Shown here: positions 29,576 through 38,590 of the stretch, piece by piece
How positions within the stretch are numbered: position 1 is the stretch's first letter
How the letters are laid out: the number at the start of each line of letters is the position of its first letter
Assembly (NCBI GenBank): GCA_965249275.1
Contig: CBDFLQ010000006.1
Location: 672,001 to 736,000 of the forward strand
DNA from: Dehalococcoidia bacterium
GTDB taxonomy: Bacteria; Chloroflexota; Dehalococcoidia; Plut-88900
Direction of reading: 5' to 3'
Length of the DNA stretch: 64,000 nt
Program-made: the position numbers and the translations under genes
Notes under the pieces: model-generated
Databases searched by the model: none
Seen by the model: only the letters and a program-made list of their open reading frames with translations
What the model was told of the DNA's origin: nothing

Positions 29576-30595
29576 ATGAAATTCAGCTACTACCTGCCCT
29601 GCTACTACACGGACAAGTCCAAACCCGCTTCCGAGCTCTACTCCGAGGCCGAATACCAGGCCCAATACGCCGAAGAACTCGGTTACGACGCCATCGTCAT
29701 ACCCGAGCACTATTTCATGAACTACCTGGCCTGCCCGAACTTGCTTATGTTCGCGGTCAGGATCTCGCAGCTGGTGAAGCTGCGGATCATGTCGGCGGTC
29801 ATACCCATCCCCTTGTACCATCCGCTTAGGCTTGCCCAGGACATCGCCTTCGCCGACGTGCTGTCGGGAGGCAGGCTGGAGATCGGTCTGGGACGCGGGG
29901 CCTTCGTCCACGAGTTTGAGCGGCTGCAGATACCCCGTGACCAGAACCGGGCAATGTTCAACGAATGCCTCGAAATCATGATCAAGGCCTGGACCTCGGA
30001 GAATGACTTCTCATACGAGGGAGACTTCTGGCAATTCCCGGAGACTACCGTCCTCCCCCGACCCCTCCAGCAGCCCCACCCCCCGATCTGGATGTCGGGC
30101 CAGTCCGACCTCTCGGTCCAGTACGCCGTGTCCCACGGTTACAAGCTGATGAATACCCCATTGCGGAGCGGGTTCGAGGCACTGGAGGAAACCTACGAGG
30201 TCTACTCAGATGCGCTCGAAGAGCGGGGCAGAACGGAAGAGGAGTGCCCACTCCTGATTCTTCGTAACGCCTTCGTCTCCGAGGACAAGGATGTCCTCGA
30301 ACGGCAGGCTCAGAACCTGCACCTTAACCACCAGCAATTCGTGACCGTGTACACAGGCCCGAGCGTCGTAAAGGAAGGCATGATTGAGCCGCAGAACGTC
30401 CCCTACGAGCCGTGGGAGGTGTTTGACAACGTCATAAGCGGCACTCCCGACGAGGCGATTCAGAAGGTCGAGCAGTACCGAGACCTGGGGATCAAGTATC
30501 TCTGCGTGAACATGGGCTTTGGCGGCAGCCACGAGGAAGTGATGGAATCCATGCGCCTCTTCTCAGAACAGGTGATGCCCCACTTCCCGGACTAA
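29576..30595 (+). CDS. LLM-class flavin-dependent monooxygenase
   Basis: PEHYF, HPLRLAQD, GRLEIGLGRG, PRPLQQPHPPIW motifs. Confidence 0.9.
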   Translation: MKFSYYLPCYYTDKSKPASELYSEAEYQAQYAEELGYDAIVIPEHYFMNYLACPNLLMFAVRISQLVKLRIMSAVIPIPLYHPLRLAQDIAFADVLSGGRLEIGLGRGAFVHEFERLQIPRDQNRAMFNECLEIMIKAWTSENDFSYEGDFWQFPETTVLPRPLQQPHPPIWMSGQSDLSVQYAVSHGYKLMNTPLRSGFEALEETYEVYSDALEERGRTEEECPLLILRNAFVSEDKDVLERQAQNLHLNHQQFVTVYTGPSVVKEGMIEPQNVPYEPWEVFDNVISGTPDEAIQKVEQYRDLGIKYLCVNMGFGGSHEEVMESMRLFSEQVMPHFPD

Positions 30596-30699
30596 GCTCT
30601 GTTAACTCCCAGACCCAACCGCCTAAGGGCACAATCCCATTATTTCGCATACGCCCTGTTCGATCCACAAAGCAAAATGCTTGGGTCGAGCTGAACGAC

Positions 30700-30920
30700 C
30701 GGCGCAAGAGGCCCGACGCTCTCCTCGGTAACTCCGTAGGCGATGGGGAAGGTGAGTTCCTCTTCTTCAGCCATCCGAGCCGCCGTCTCACGGTCCTCTA
30801 TCGTCGCCCCGATTACTCATATTCCCAGCTGGTCCAACTCCTCGCGGCTTCTCTCGTAGGAGGCTAACTACATCCTGCTTTAGGTTCACCTCTCGCCCAT
30901 ATAGAACAGCAGGGCAATCT
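30700..30920 (-). pseudogene. Decayed AhpC/TSA peroxiredoxin-like selenoprotein
   Basis: One frame reads IALLFYMGER-TGA-T*SRM*LASYERSREELDQLGI*VIGATIEDRETAARMAEEEELTFPIAYGVTEE, resembling FYRGxWUPxC..L..Y....EL...G..V...S.D........LTFP.AYG but with extra stops. Confidence 0.6.
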
Positions 30921-31059
30921 AAACTCCAAATCAAGGCCCCAGAACCGGAATGAAATCCCAATATCAACACAACTTGGTAATGAGGCTGGTCGTGTATAAT
31001 GCCAACCGGAAGCCGAGCCCCGGAATGGGTGTATTTCAAGCGTGACGAGGGAGCAGGCC

Positions 31060-32370
31060 ATGACAAATTTGAAGGTAGTCCACTATCTGAACCAGTTCTT
31101 CGCCGGTGTGGGTGGTGAAGAGAAGGCCGACGTTGGCCCCGGAGCCCGGGAAGGCGCAGTCGGACCCGGCATGGCGCTGAACCAGGCCCTTGGAGACGCC
31201 GGTGAGGTCATCGGCACCGTCTACTGCGGCGACAACCACATCTCCGAAAACCCCGAAACGGCGACCCAGGAGGTCGTCGAGCTTATATCTCAGTTCAAAC
31301 CCGATATCGTGATTGCCGGGCCGGGATTCGGCTCCGGACGGTACGGATTGGCCTGTGGTCAGGTATGCCTGGCAGTTAAAGAGAATCTCAAAATCCCTGC
31401 CCTTACCGGCGTCCACAAGGAGAGCCCCGCTGCCGAGACCTACAAGGGTAAAGTCCTGATGGCCTCCACCAAGGACTCGGCTGCCGGTATGGTCGAGGCA
31501 ATGACTGTAATCGCACGGCTCGCCTCCAAGCTGGCCGACAAAGAAGAGTTGGGTCCGGCCATGGAAGAAGGCTACCTACCCACCGGACGACGCGTTAACC
31601 GATTCTCCGACAAGACTGCTGCGGAGCGGGCGGTGGACATGTTGATGCGCAAGCTCCGTGGCGAAGACCCGAAGACCGAATGGCCCCTCCCCAAGTACGA
31701 GCAAGTTGCTCCCGCTGCGGCCCTCGCCAGTGCCGGGAACGCCACCATAGCCATCGTCACAGAGGGCGGAATCGTACACCGTGGAAACCCAGAGAAGCTG
31801 GAATCGGGCTGGGCCACCAAGTGGGTCAAGTTCGACACGGCGGAAGAGCCGGAGATGACCCCCGACAAGTTCCAGAGTATCCACGGCGGTTTCGACACCA
31901 CCACCGCCAGCGCCGAGCCCAACCGCATGGTTCCACTGGATGCCGCCCGCGAGATGGAGTCCGAGGGGACAATCGGCAAGCTGCACGACTACGTCTACAG
32001 CACCACGGGCAACATGGGGCCAATTGCCAGCTTTAAGCAGTTCGGGGAGGAGATAGCCGCCGAGCTAACCTCGGCGGGCGTCCAGGGAGTGATTCTAACC
32101 GCAACCTGAGGCACCGGAACGCGTAGCGGCGCTACGCTTCAGAAAGAGCTTGAGAGGGCTGGCCTCCCGACCGCTCTCGTAACCACCCTGTTCAATCTCG
32201 CAGAGGGAGTCGGGGCCAGCCGTATCGTCAAAGGCAAGGCTATCCCACACCCTCTCGGAGACCCGAGCCAGACCTACGAGGGCGAAAAGCAACTGCGTAA
32301 GGAGATGCTGAAGAAGGCCCTGGAGGCCCTGGAGACCGAGGTCGCATCCCCCACGGTTTTCACTACCTAG
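31060..32370 (+). CDS. grdB: Glycine/sarcosine/betaine reductase selenoprotein B (436 aa, Sec at codon 350)
   Basis: VVHYLNQFFAGVGGEEKAD start; the frame continues through TGA 32107-32109 as VILTAT-U-GTGTRSGATLQKELERAG..VGASRIV..AIPHPLGDP..KALEALETEV..TAG. Confidence 0.92.
32116..32140 (+). promoter_or_regulatory. SECIS-like hairpin of grdB
   Basis: GCGTAGC-GGC-GCTACGC 7-bp stem starting 11 nt after UGA, extendable by GAA/TTC; G in apical loop. Confidence 0.7.
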
Positions 32371-32383
32371 CAACTACATCTGT

Positions 32384-33868
32384 ATGACTACCCAATCCCC
32401 CGCATTCACAAGCAACGGCCAGGACTCACCACCGGTAATCAAGGGAGTGGCCTATTGCTTGGCCCACGTGCCAGACCTGGTGCGCCTCGGGTCTAAACCT
32501 TCCCGGGACATACCAATCGAACCCAACGTTCTGGACATGATTCATCAGCACCTGCGGGACTTCGACGACGCTGTGGCCTACCCTCCACACCAGGTATTCA
32601 TCGGCAACATGCGCCCCGACGACCTGAAGGATGTCCCCAAGCCGTGGTTCGATAATCTGGCCGGTGATGCCAAAAGGACCGGCCCATTCGGCGAGGTTAT
32701 GCCCCAGGCCGAGTTTTACGGCTTGATGAAGATGTGTGACCAGTTCGACCTGATGCTCCTGGAAGAGGGTTTCCTTGAAGAAGCCCGCACCGCGATGTCG
32801 GCTCACCCTCTCATCACCAAAGAAGACCTGGACAACCTTGGTAAGGCCACGCCCATCTCCGAGATCGAAAAGGCCATAAGCGAAGAGGATGCCCTTCCCC
32901 TATACATGGACAAGACCCGACTGGTCGGGTGCCTGCAAAGGGGCCACGAGGAGGATAAGTCCCTCGTCCCCGACTTCCTCATCGAAAACCTCGCAGCCAA
33001 GGCCTCTGCCGTCCTCGCTCTCAGACACCTCTGCAACACTGCTACCGATACGCCGCCCCAGAACATAGACTACCTGCTCGGCTGCGGCGAAGAGGCCATC
33101 GGTGATAGATACAACCGGGGCGGTGGAAACCTCGCCAAGGCCGTCGGAGAGATGTGCGGCTGCTTGAACGCCACCGGGTCGGACGTCAAGGCATTTTGCT
33201 GCGCCCCGAACCACGCTATAATCGTAGGCGGTGCCCTCATCAAGTCGGGCGTGTTCGAAAACGTGGCGGTGGTGGCTGGCGGCTCATTCGCCAAGCTTGG
33301 CATGAAGTACCGGGGCCACGTGACTCATGAAATGCCCGTGCTCGAAGACGTCCTGGCGTCCATTGCAATACTCCTGGGCCCCGACGACGGTGAGAACCCC
33401 CACGTACGTCTCGATATGATAGGCAAGCACAATATTTCGTCCGGTACGTCAAACCAGGCCATCACACAGGCCGTGGTCATAGACCCCCTGAAAAAGCACG
33501 GCCTCAAGATCACCGATATCGACCGATTCGCCACCGAGCTGCACAACCCGGAGATCACCGAGCCCCAGGGCAGCGGCAACACCCCCAGGACCAACTACCG
33601 GATGCTGGGCGGCATGGCGGTCAAGGAGTCGGAGATTGAGGCCTCGGAACTGGACCAGTTCGTCGACAAACACGGGATGCTCGGCTTCTCCCCGACCCAG
33701 GGGCACATAGCCTCGGCGGTTCCTTTCCTGGGCCACGCCCGGGAGATGATCATGTCTGGAGACATAAACCGGGCCATGTTCTACGCCAAAGGGAGCCTGT
33801 TCCTGGGCCGCATGACCCAGCTCTCCGATGGTATATCCTTCATGATGGAGCGCAACGGCGGCCAGTAA
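32384..33868 (+). CDS. grdC: Glycine reductase complex component C beta subunit (GrdC, FabH-like)
   Basis: YPPHQVFIGNM, GPFGEVMPQ, ENLAAKAS, EEAIGDRYNRGGGNLAKA, ELHNPEIT, GFSPTQGHI, KGSLFLGRMT motifs. Confidence 0.9.
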   Translation: MTTQSPAFTSNGQDSPPVIKGVAYCLAHVPDLVRLGSKPSRDIPIEPNVLDMIHQHLRDFDDAVAYPPHQVFIGNMRPDDLKDVPKPWFDNLAGDAKRTGPFGEVMPQAEFYGLMKMCDQFDLMLLEEGFLEEARTAMSAHPLITKEDLDNLGKATPISEIEKAISEEDALPLYMDKTRLVGCLQRGHEEDKSLVPDFLIENLAAKASAVLALRHLCNTATDTPPQNIDYLLGCGEEAIGDRYNRGGGNLAKAVGEMCGCLNATGSDVKAFCCAPNHAIIVGGALIKSGVFENVAVVAGGSFAKLGMKYRGHVTHEMPVLEDVLASIAILLGPDDGENPHVRLDMIGKHNISSGTSNQAITQAVVIDPLKKHGLKITDIDRFATELHNPEITEPQGSGNTPRTNYRMLGGMAVKESEIEASELDQFVDKHGMLGFSPTQGHIASAVPFLGHAREMIMSGDINRAMFYAKGSLFLGRMTQLSDGISFMMERNGGQ

Positions 33869-33951
33869 CCTGTATCCAGGGGTAGAATTAAGCCGTTTCG
33901 ACGCTATTTTAAGATTGGTTAGAACGTTTACTGAAACTCAGGAGGTGCGCT

Positions 33952-34410
33952 TTGGATTTTAAAGGTATGAAGGTGATCGCCATAGGAGAGCGGGACGGCG
34001 TCCAGGGCCCGGCTATCGCCGAGGTGGTACGCAGCGCAGGGGCAGAGGTTATCCTGGAACAGACCCAGTGCTTCGTCTGAACTGCCGCAGGCGCCATGGA
34101 CCTGGATGGTCAGGCAGAGATTAAGAAGGCAATAGAATCCAACGGCAAGGACAACGTTATAGTGGTCCTCGGTTCGCCCGACGCTAACAGCGCCGAGCTC
34201 TACGCCGAGACCGTAACCCACGGTGACCCGAGCTGGGCCGGCCCCTTGGCAGGCGTTCCTCTGGGCCTGCCGGTATACCACGTCGTTGAGCCCATGGTTA
34301 AAGACGCTGTGGACCCCGGGACCTACGATGAGCAGGTCGGGGTCATGGACGTGGCACTGGAGAAAGACCTCATCACCGCCGCCCTGGACAAGGTGCGCAA
34401 CAGGGGCTAA
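33952..34410 (+). CDS. grdA: Glycine/sarcosine/betaine reductase selenoprotein A (152 aa, Sec at codon 43)
   Basis: AGGAGG RBS and TTG start; MDFKGMKVIAIGERDGVQGPAI..TQCFV-U(TGA 34078-80)-TAAGAMDL..AETVTHGDPSWAGPLAGVPLGL. Confidence 0.93.
34082..34117 (+). promoter_or_regulatory. SECIS-like hairpin of grdA
   Basis: CTGCC..GCCAT-GGACCTGG-ATGGT..GGCAG; upper stem starts 12 nt after UGA. Confidence 0.6.
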
Positions 34411-34440
34411 TCCCCGGACAGTGGTCTGGCCCTTTGTATG

Positions 34441-34496
34441 GGGAGTCCAGAGGGGTAACACCCCTTTGGTGGGGGTTTGGGGGTATCCCCCCAAAA
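34441..34496. repeat. REP-like double hairpin
   Basis: AGGGGT-AAC-ACCCCT and TTTGGGGG-TATC-CCCCCAAA. Confidence 0.55.
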
Positions 34497-34587
34497 TTAC
34501 TTGTATTTTCCCTTCCCCTTGCGAAAGAGAGAATAGGCGCAGCGAAAAAGAAGTCATTCCCGCCATTTCACCGAAGGAGACGCTACT

Positions 34588-35337
34588 ATGGAGAACAGGA
34601 AGAGAGTCGGAATGATGATGCCCTCGGCAGACGGTACCGCCGAGCCTGACTTTCAGATGGTACTCGGGCCCAAAGGAGTGGCTGTGCACGGGCACCGGCT
34701 CTGGCAGGACAACAACCGCCACGACCCCGAAGAGCACTTCGGTAAGATGAACTCGGAGATCGAGTCCGCTGCCCGGTACTTGTCCTCCGTTCGCCTGGAC
34801 GCCATAGCCTACACCTGCACCACTGGCAGCTTCTTCAAGGGGCCCGGGTGGGACCAGGAAATGCTTCAGAAGATTAAGAGCGCGTCGGGGGTGGAGGCTT
34901 TCGCAACTACTCCTTCGGTCGTGAAGGCCCTGCAGTTCAAGGGGGCTCGCAAGATCTCGGCCATCACACCCTACCCGGAATGGAACAACATAAAGCTCAG
35001 GGAATACATGGAAGCAATGGGCTTCGAAGTCCTTAACGTCGACGCCCACCCCAAGCCGTCCCTGGGCGAGATCATGGCCTACGAGCAGGACCCCGACGAG
35101 ATAGTCGAATACGGCATCGAAAAGTGCGACCCCGACGCTGATGTCCTCTTCTGCTCCTGCACTGACTGGCGGTCCATGGAGGCCGCAGAACGCCTGGAGA
35201 AGGAGACCGGCAAACCGGTCGTCACATCGAACCAGGCCACCATCTGGCTCATCCTCCAGCACCTCGGCATAGATGAGCCGGTAAAGGGCTTCGGCAGTCT
35301 GCTGGAGACTCCCGCCCCAGCCGCCGTCGCTGGATAA
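34588..35337 (+). CDS. Asp/Glu racemase / maleate isomerase family protein, copy 1
   Basis: YTCTTGS and CSCTD catalytic Cys motifs; ITPY; PVVTSNQA. Confidence 0.88.
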   Translation: MENRKRVGMMMPSADGTAEPDFQMVLGPKGVAVHGHRLWQDNNRHDPEEHFGKMNSEIESAARYLSSVRLDAIAYTCTTGSFFKGPGWDQEMLQKIKSASGVEAFATTPSVVKALQFKGARKISAITPYPEWNNIKLREYMEAMGFEVLNVDAHPKPSLGEIMAYEQDPDEIVEYGIEKCDPDADVLFCSCTDWRSMEAAERLEKETGKPVVTSNQATIWLILQHLGIDEPVKGFGSLLETPAPAAVAG

Positions 35338-35368
35338 CTATCTGGTTTTACCCTTATACCTGTAGACC

Positions 35369-35411
35369 AAGCAATTGGGAGTGAGTACATCACACTCACT
35401 CCCAATTGCTT
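35369..35411. terminator. Perfect 18-bp inverted repeat (terminator or processing hairpin)
   Basis: AAGCAATTGGGAGTGAGT-ACATCAC-ACTCACTCCCAATTGCTT. Confidence 0.65.
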
Positions 35412-35496
35412 TCTGGTTTATACTGGGGATTGCCCTCCCAAATTCTGGTATTATCGGCAAAGCGGGTTTCCAGTGAGCGGGTAAGGAGGTCCTGAT

Positions 35497-36240
35497 ATGA
35501 ACCTACGAAGAAGAATTGGATTGATCATGCCGGCCCAGGACTCGACCAGCGAGCCCGATTTCTCAATGGCCCTGGGCTTGAAGGACTACTCCATCCACGG
35601 CCAGCGTATTTGGGACGGCTTCGACATCTCCGGCACCGCACGCATGGACAGGATGAACACCGAGATCGATACCGCCGCCAAGTACCTGACACAGGCGGAA
35701 GTCGATGCCGTAGCCTACTGCTGCACCACCGGCAGTTTTTATCGGGGCCCGGGCTGGGACGTAGAGATCGTCGAAAAGCTGGAGGCCGCATCGGGAGTTC
35801 CCGCCGTTGCCACCACGCCCTCCGTTGCCGCCGCCCTTTCCCACATCGGGGCCAGGAAGATATCCGTAGTCACGCCATACCCACAATGGAACAACGACAG
35901 ACTGCGGGAATACTTCACGGCCAAGGGCTTCGAGGTCCTGAACGTCGATACCCCTGCTGACGCATCGGTGTTCGGGTTCAACATGTGCAACCACGACCCG
36001 GAGACCGTCCTCGAATACGGAGTCGAGCACTGCCTCCCGGAGGCCGACACCCTCCTGGTCTCCTGCACCGGCTGGCGTTCCTTGGAGGTCGTCGAAGAGC
36101 TGGAAGCCCGCACGGGGAAGATGGTGGTGACGGCAAACCAGGCCTCAATCTGGTGCCTCCTTAACAAGATGGGCTGGGATGCTTCAATAAGCGGCTGCGG
36201 CCAGCTCTTATCAAACAGGGCTCCGGCAGCAGTGGGGTAG
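35497..36240 (+). CDS. Asp/Glu racemase / maleate isomerase family protein, copy 2
   Basis: YCCTTGS, VSCTG, VVTANQA; tandem paralog. Confidence 0.88.
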   Translation: MNLRRRIGLIMPAQDSTSEPDFSMALGLKDYSIHGQRIWDGFDISGTARMDRMNTEIDTAAKYLTQAEVDAVAYCCTTGSFYRGPGWDVEIVEKLEAASGVPAVATTPSVAAALSHIGARKISVVTPYPQWNNDRLREYFTAKGFEVLNVDTPADASVFGFNMCNHDPETVLEYGVEHCLPEADTLLVSCTGWRSLEVVEELEARTGKMVVTANQASIWCLLNKMGWDASISGCGQLLSNRAPAAVG

Positions 36241-36275
36241 AAGCGGAGCTAATTTCCTAACCGGAATCGAGGTGC

Positions 36276-37394
36276 GTGTTGGCGGAATACAAGGTCATCT
36301 CAGCAGACTCCCATCTGAACGAGCCCCAGGAGGTCTACGACCGCCTCCCCGCCGAGTACCGCGCCCGTGCCCCGCGCATCGAGGTGCGGGACGACCAGCG
36401 TTACATCATCGTCGAGGGCCAGGGCCCGGCTCGCATCGAGGCCCCCAACCCCCTCAAAGAAGATGATATGAATCGCTACTGGCGGGACGACGAAGAGGTG
36501 GGCCGCGTCATGCACCGGGCCGGAGGCACCGACATCCCTCTCCGCCTCACCGATCAGGAAACCGATGGGGTCAGCGCCGAGGTCATCTATCCCCACGGCA
36601 CGTTCCACACCTTCTCCTCCAAGGACCCGGGGTTCCAGCTCGCTCTGTCCAGGGTCTACAACGACTACTATAACGAGGTCTTTGGCCCGCACCCGGACCG
36701 TTTCGTAGTCTCCGCGGTCGTCCCGACTCTGGATATAGACAACGCCGTGGAAGAGGCCACCCGGGTGGCTAACATGGGCTTTCGTTCAGCGTCCATACCC
36801 ATAAGCATGCCCATGCAGCCCTACAACGATCCCAGCTATGAGCCTTTCTGGTCGGCGATGGGCGATCTTGGCGTACCCCTGGCCCTCCATGTCTTCACCG
36901 ATGGCCCGACCGGCGAAGACGCCCCCACCGAGGTCAAGCGCTCCCGTCCGGGAGAGGACCTAGCCGGAGAAGTCGTAGAGATGGCTGCCGCCATGAAGCC
37001 CCTCTGCCTGCTGGTGGCTTCCGGCGTGCTGGAACGACACCCGGGCCTGAAGTTCGTGCTGGTCGAGTGCGGAATCGGCTGGTTGGCCTGGGTCCTCCAG
37101 ACCCTCGATGAGATGCACGAGAAGCGCCACATGTGGATCGAACCCCGCCTCCCGGACAGGCCCAGCGACTACTTCCGCAGGCAAGGCGGCGCCACTTTCG
37201 GCGACGACCTGGTCGGGCTCCGGATGAGGGACGTGACGGGTGTCGAGAGCCTGCTCTGGGGCAGTGACTACCCCCACGACGAGGGCACCTTCCCCCATTC
37301 CAGAGAGGTCATTGAGCGCACTTTCAAGGACGTTCCTGAAAATGAAAAGCGGATGATTGTCGGTGGGAACGCTGAGAGGATATACGGCTTCTAG
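36276..37394 (+). CDS. Amidohydrolase family 2
   Basis: ISADSH, LALHV, VECGIGW, WGSDYPHDEG motifs. Confidence 0.9.
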   Translation: MLAEYKVISADSHLNEPQEVYDRLPAEYRARAPRIEVRDDQRYIIVEGQGPARIEAPNPLKEDDMNRYWRDDEEVGRVMHRAGGTDIPLRLTDQETDGVSAEVIYPHGTFHTFSSKDPGFQLALSRVYNDYYNEVFGPHPDRFVVSAVVPTLDIDNAVEEATRVANMGFRSASIPISMPMQPYNDPSYEPFWSAMGDLGVPLALHVFTDGPTGEDAPTEVKRSRPGEDLAGEVVEMAAAMKPLCLLVASGVLERHPGLKFVLVECGIGWLAWVLQTLDEMHEKRHMWIEPRLPDRPSDYFRRQGGATFGDDLVGLRMRDVTGVESLLWGSDYPHDEGTFPHSREVIERTFKDVPENEKRMIVGGNAERIYGF

Positions 37395-38301
37395 TCTAAT
37401 ACGGAGACCGCTCCCCTTCCTGGTCTTGGCGGTTGCTCTGCTGTTGCTCGTTGCCTGCCGCCAGCCCTTTGACCCTGGCTTCAGATTTGTCCTAGTCTCC
37501 CAGGAAGTCGCGGTTGAGCAGGCCCGGTTCACCTTCGTTCTCCTGGACCAGTCTGAACACGCCATCGAAGATGCCCAAATCAGCGTCGACTTCCTGCCCC
37601 CCGGTGACTACCCTGCGCCCCCAACGGCGAATGCTGTTTACAGAAAGATCGTACTGGACGACGTCCGGGTGTCAGCCTCAGAGTGGTATGACGCCGACGT
37701 GGAGGTCCGTGGCATCTACGCCATAGACCGTCCCCCCTTTGACAGACCCGGTGAATGGGAGCTAAAACTCTCTATATTTCATGGCGATAGTGAATCGCCC
37801 GTGGAGATACGGGCGTCGGTGCAGGTGCTGGCAGAGAGCTCGACGCCGAAACTAGGCGAAACAGTTTCGCCCATCGAACACAGGACTGCCGCCGACGTTG
37901 CAGACCTCACCGAGATCTCCACCAGCCCCGATCCTCTCCCCGAGATGTATCAAACCTCCGTGGGAGAAGCGTTGGCCCAGGGTCAGCCCTTCCTCGTAGT
38001 CTTCGCTACCCCGGCATTCTGCCAGAGCCGTATCTGCGGCCCGGTCGTCGAGACGGTAGCCTCGCTCATCCCGGACTACGGAGAAGACCTCGCATTCATC
38101 CACATCGAGCCCTACGACCTGGACCTCATCCGTGGAGGCGGCAATTTTGAGCCTTCCCTGGAGGCCAAGGCCTGGGGTCTCCCCAGCGAGCCCTGGGTCT
38201 TTCTTGTAGACGACTCGGGCCGATTGACGGCCAAGTTCGAAGGTATAGTCACCCCTGAGGAGCTTGACGAGGCTATCCGGGCTACTCTCGCACGGGGCTA
38301 G
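37357..38301 (+). CDS. Lipoprotein with C-terminal thioredoxin-like domain
   Basis: Lipobox LLVAC; FATPAFCQSRICGP, FIHIEPY, WGLPSEPWVFLVD; start uncertain. Confidence 0.7.
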   Translation: MSVGTLRGYTASSLIRRPLPFLVLAVALLLLVACRQPFDPGFRFVLVSQEVAVEQARFTFVLLDQSEHAIEDAQISVDFLPPGDYPAPPTANAVYRKIVLDDVRVSASEWYDADVEVRGIYAIDRPPFDRPGEWELKLSIFHGDSESPVEIRASVQVLAESSTPKLGETVSPIEHRTAADVADLTEISTSPDPLPEMYQTSVGEALAQGQPFLVVFATPAFCQSRICGPVVETVASLIPDYGEDLAFIHIEPYDLDLIRGGGNFEPSLEAKAWGLPSEPWVFLVDDSGRLTAKFEGIVTPEELDEAIRATLARG

Positions 38302-38304
38302 GGC

Positions 38305-38499
38305 CTAGTGGAACGGGCAGACCCAGATAGCGGTGTTCTGGTACCAGTCCGTGTCATACCCAGCCGATTCTGAGTAGTCGTACCCCGCAACCGGCTTGCC
38401 GCTAAGCGCGTTCTCAGCGACTACATAAGACCCCCCAAACAGGATCGCCAGCACGATCAACAGGTGTATGGTCGGAAGTATGAGTAATTTCTTATTCAA
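38305..38499 (-). CDS. Small membrane/secreted protein ending in CPFH
   Basis: 64 aa, TTG start, hydrophobic N-terminus. Confidence 0.5.
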   Translation of the reverse strand: MNKKLLILPTIHLLIVLAILFGGSYVVAENALSGKPVAGYDYSESAGYDTDWYQNTAIWVCPFH

Positions 38500-38590
38500 G
38501 GTCCTGCACCAAGCCGCGAGGAACCGACCTTGAGAGAATCATAACACTTGGGAGTGAGAGGATAGGCAGGCGCAATGCGCCCGACTATGT

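Noticed and set aside
32107-34080. grdB and grdA as nonsense-mutated pseudogenes
   Set aside because: Both TGAs fall at the known Sec positions, with downstream hairpins and intact homology on both sides
30596-34590. tRNA-Sec (selC) or other tRNA near the selenoprotein cluster
   Set aside because: No cloverleaf with a T-loop and TCA anticodon was seen here or elsewhere in the window
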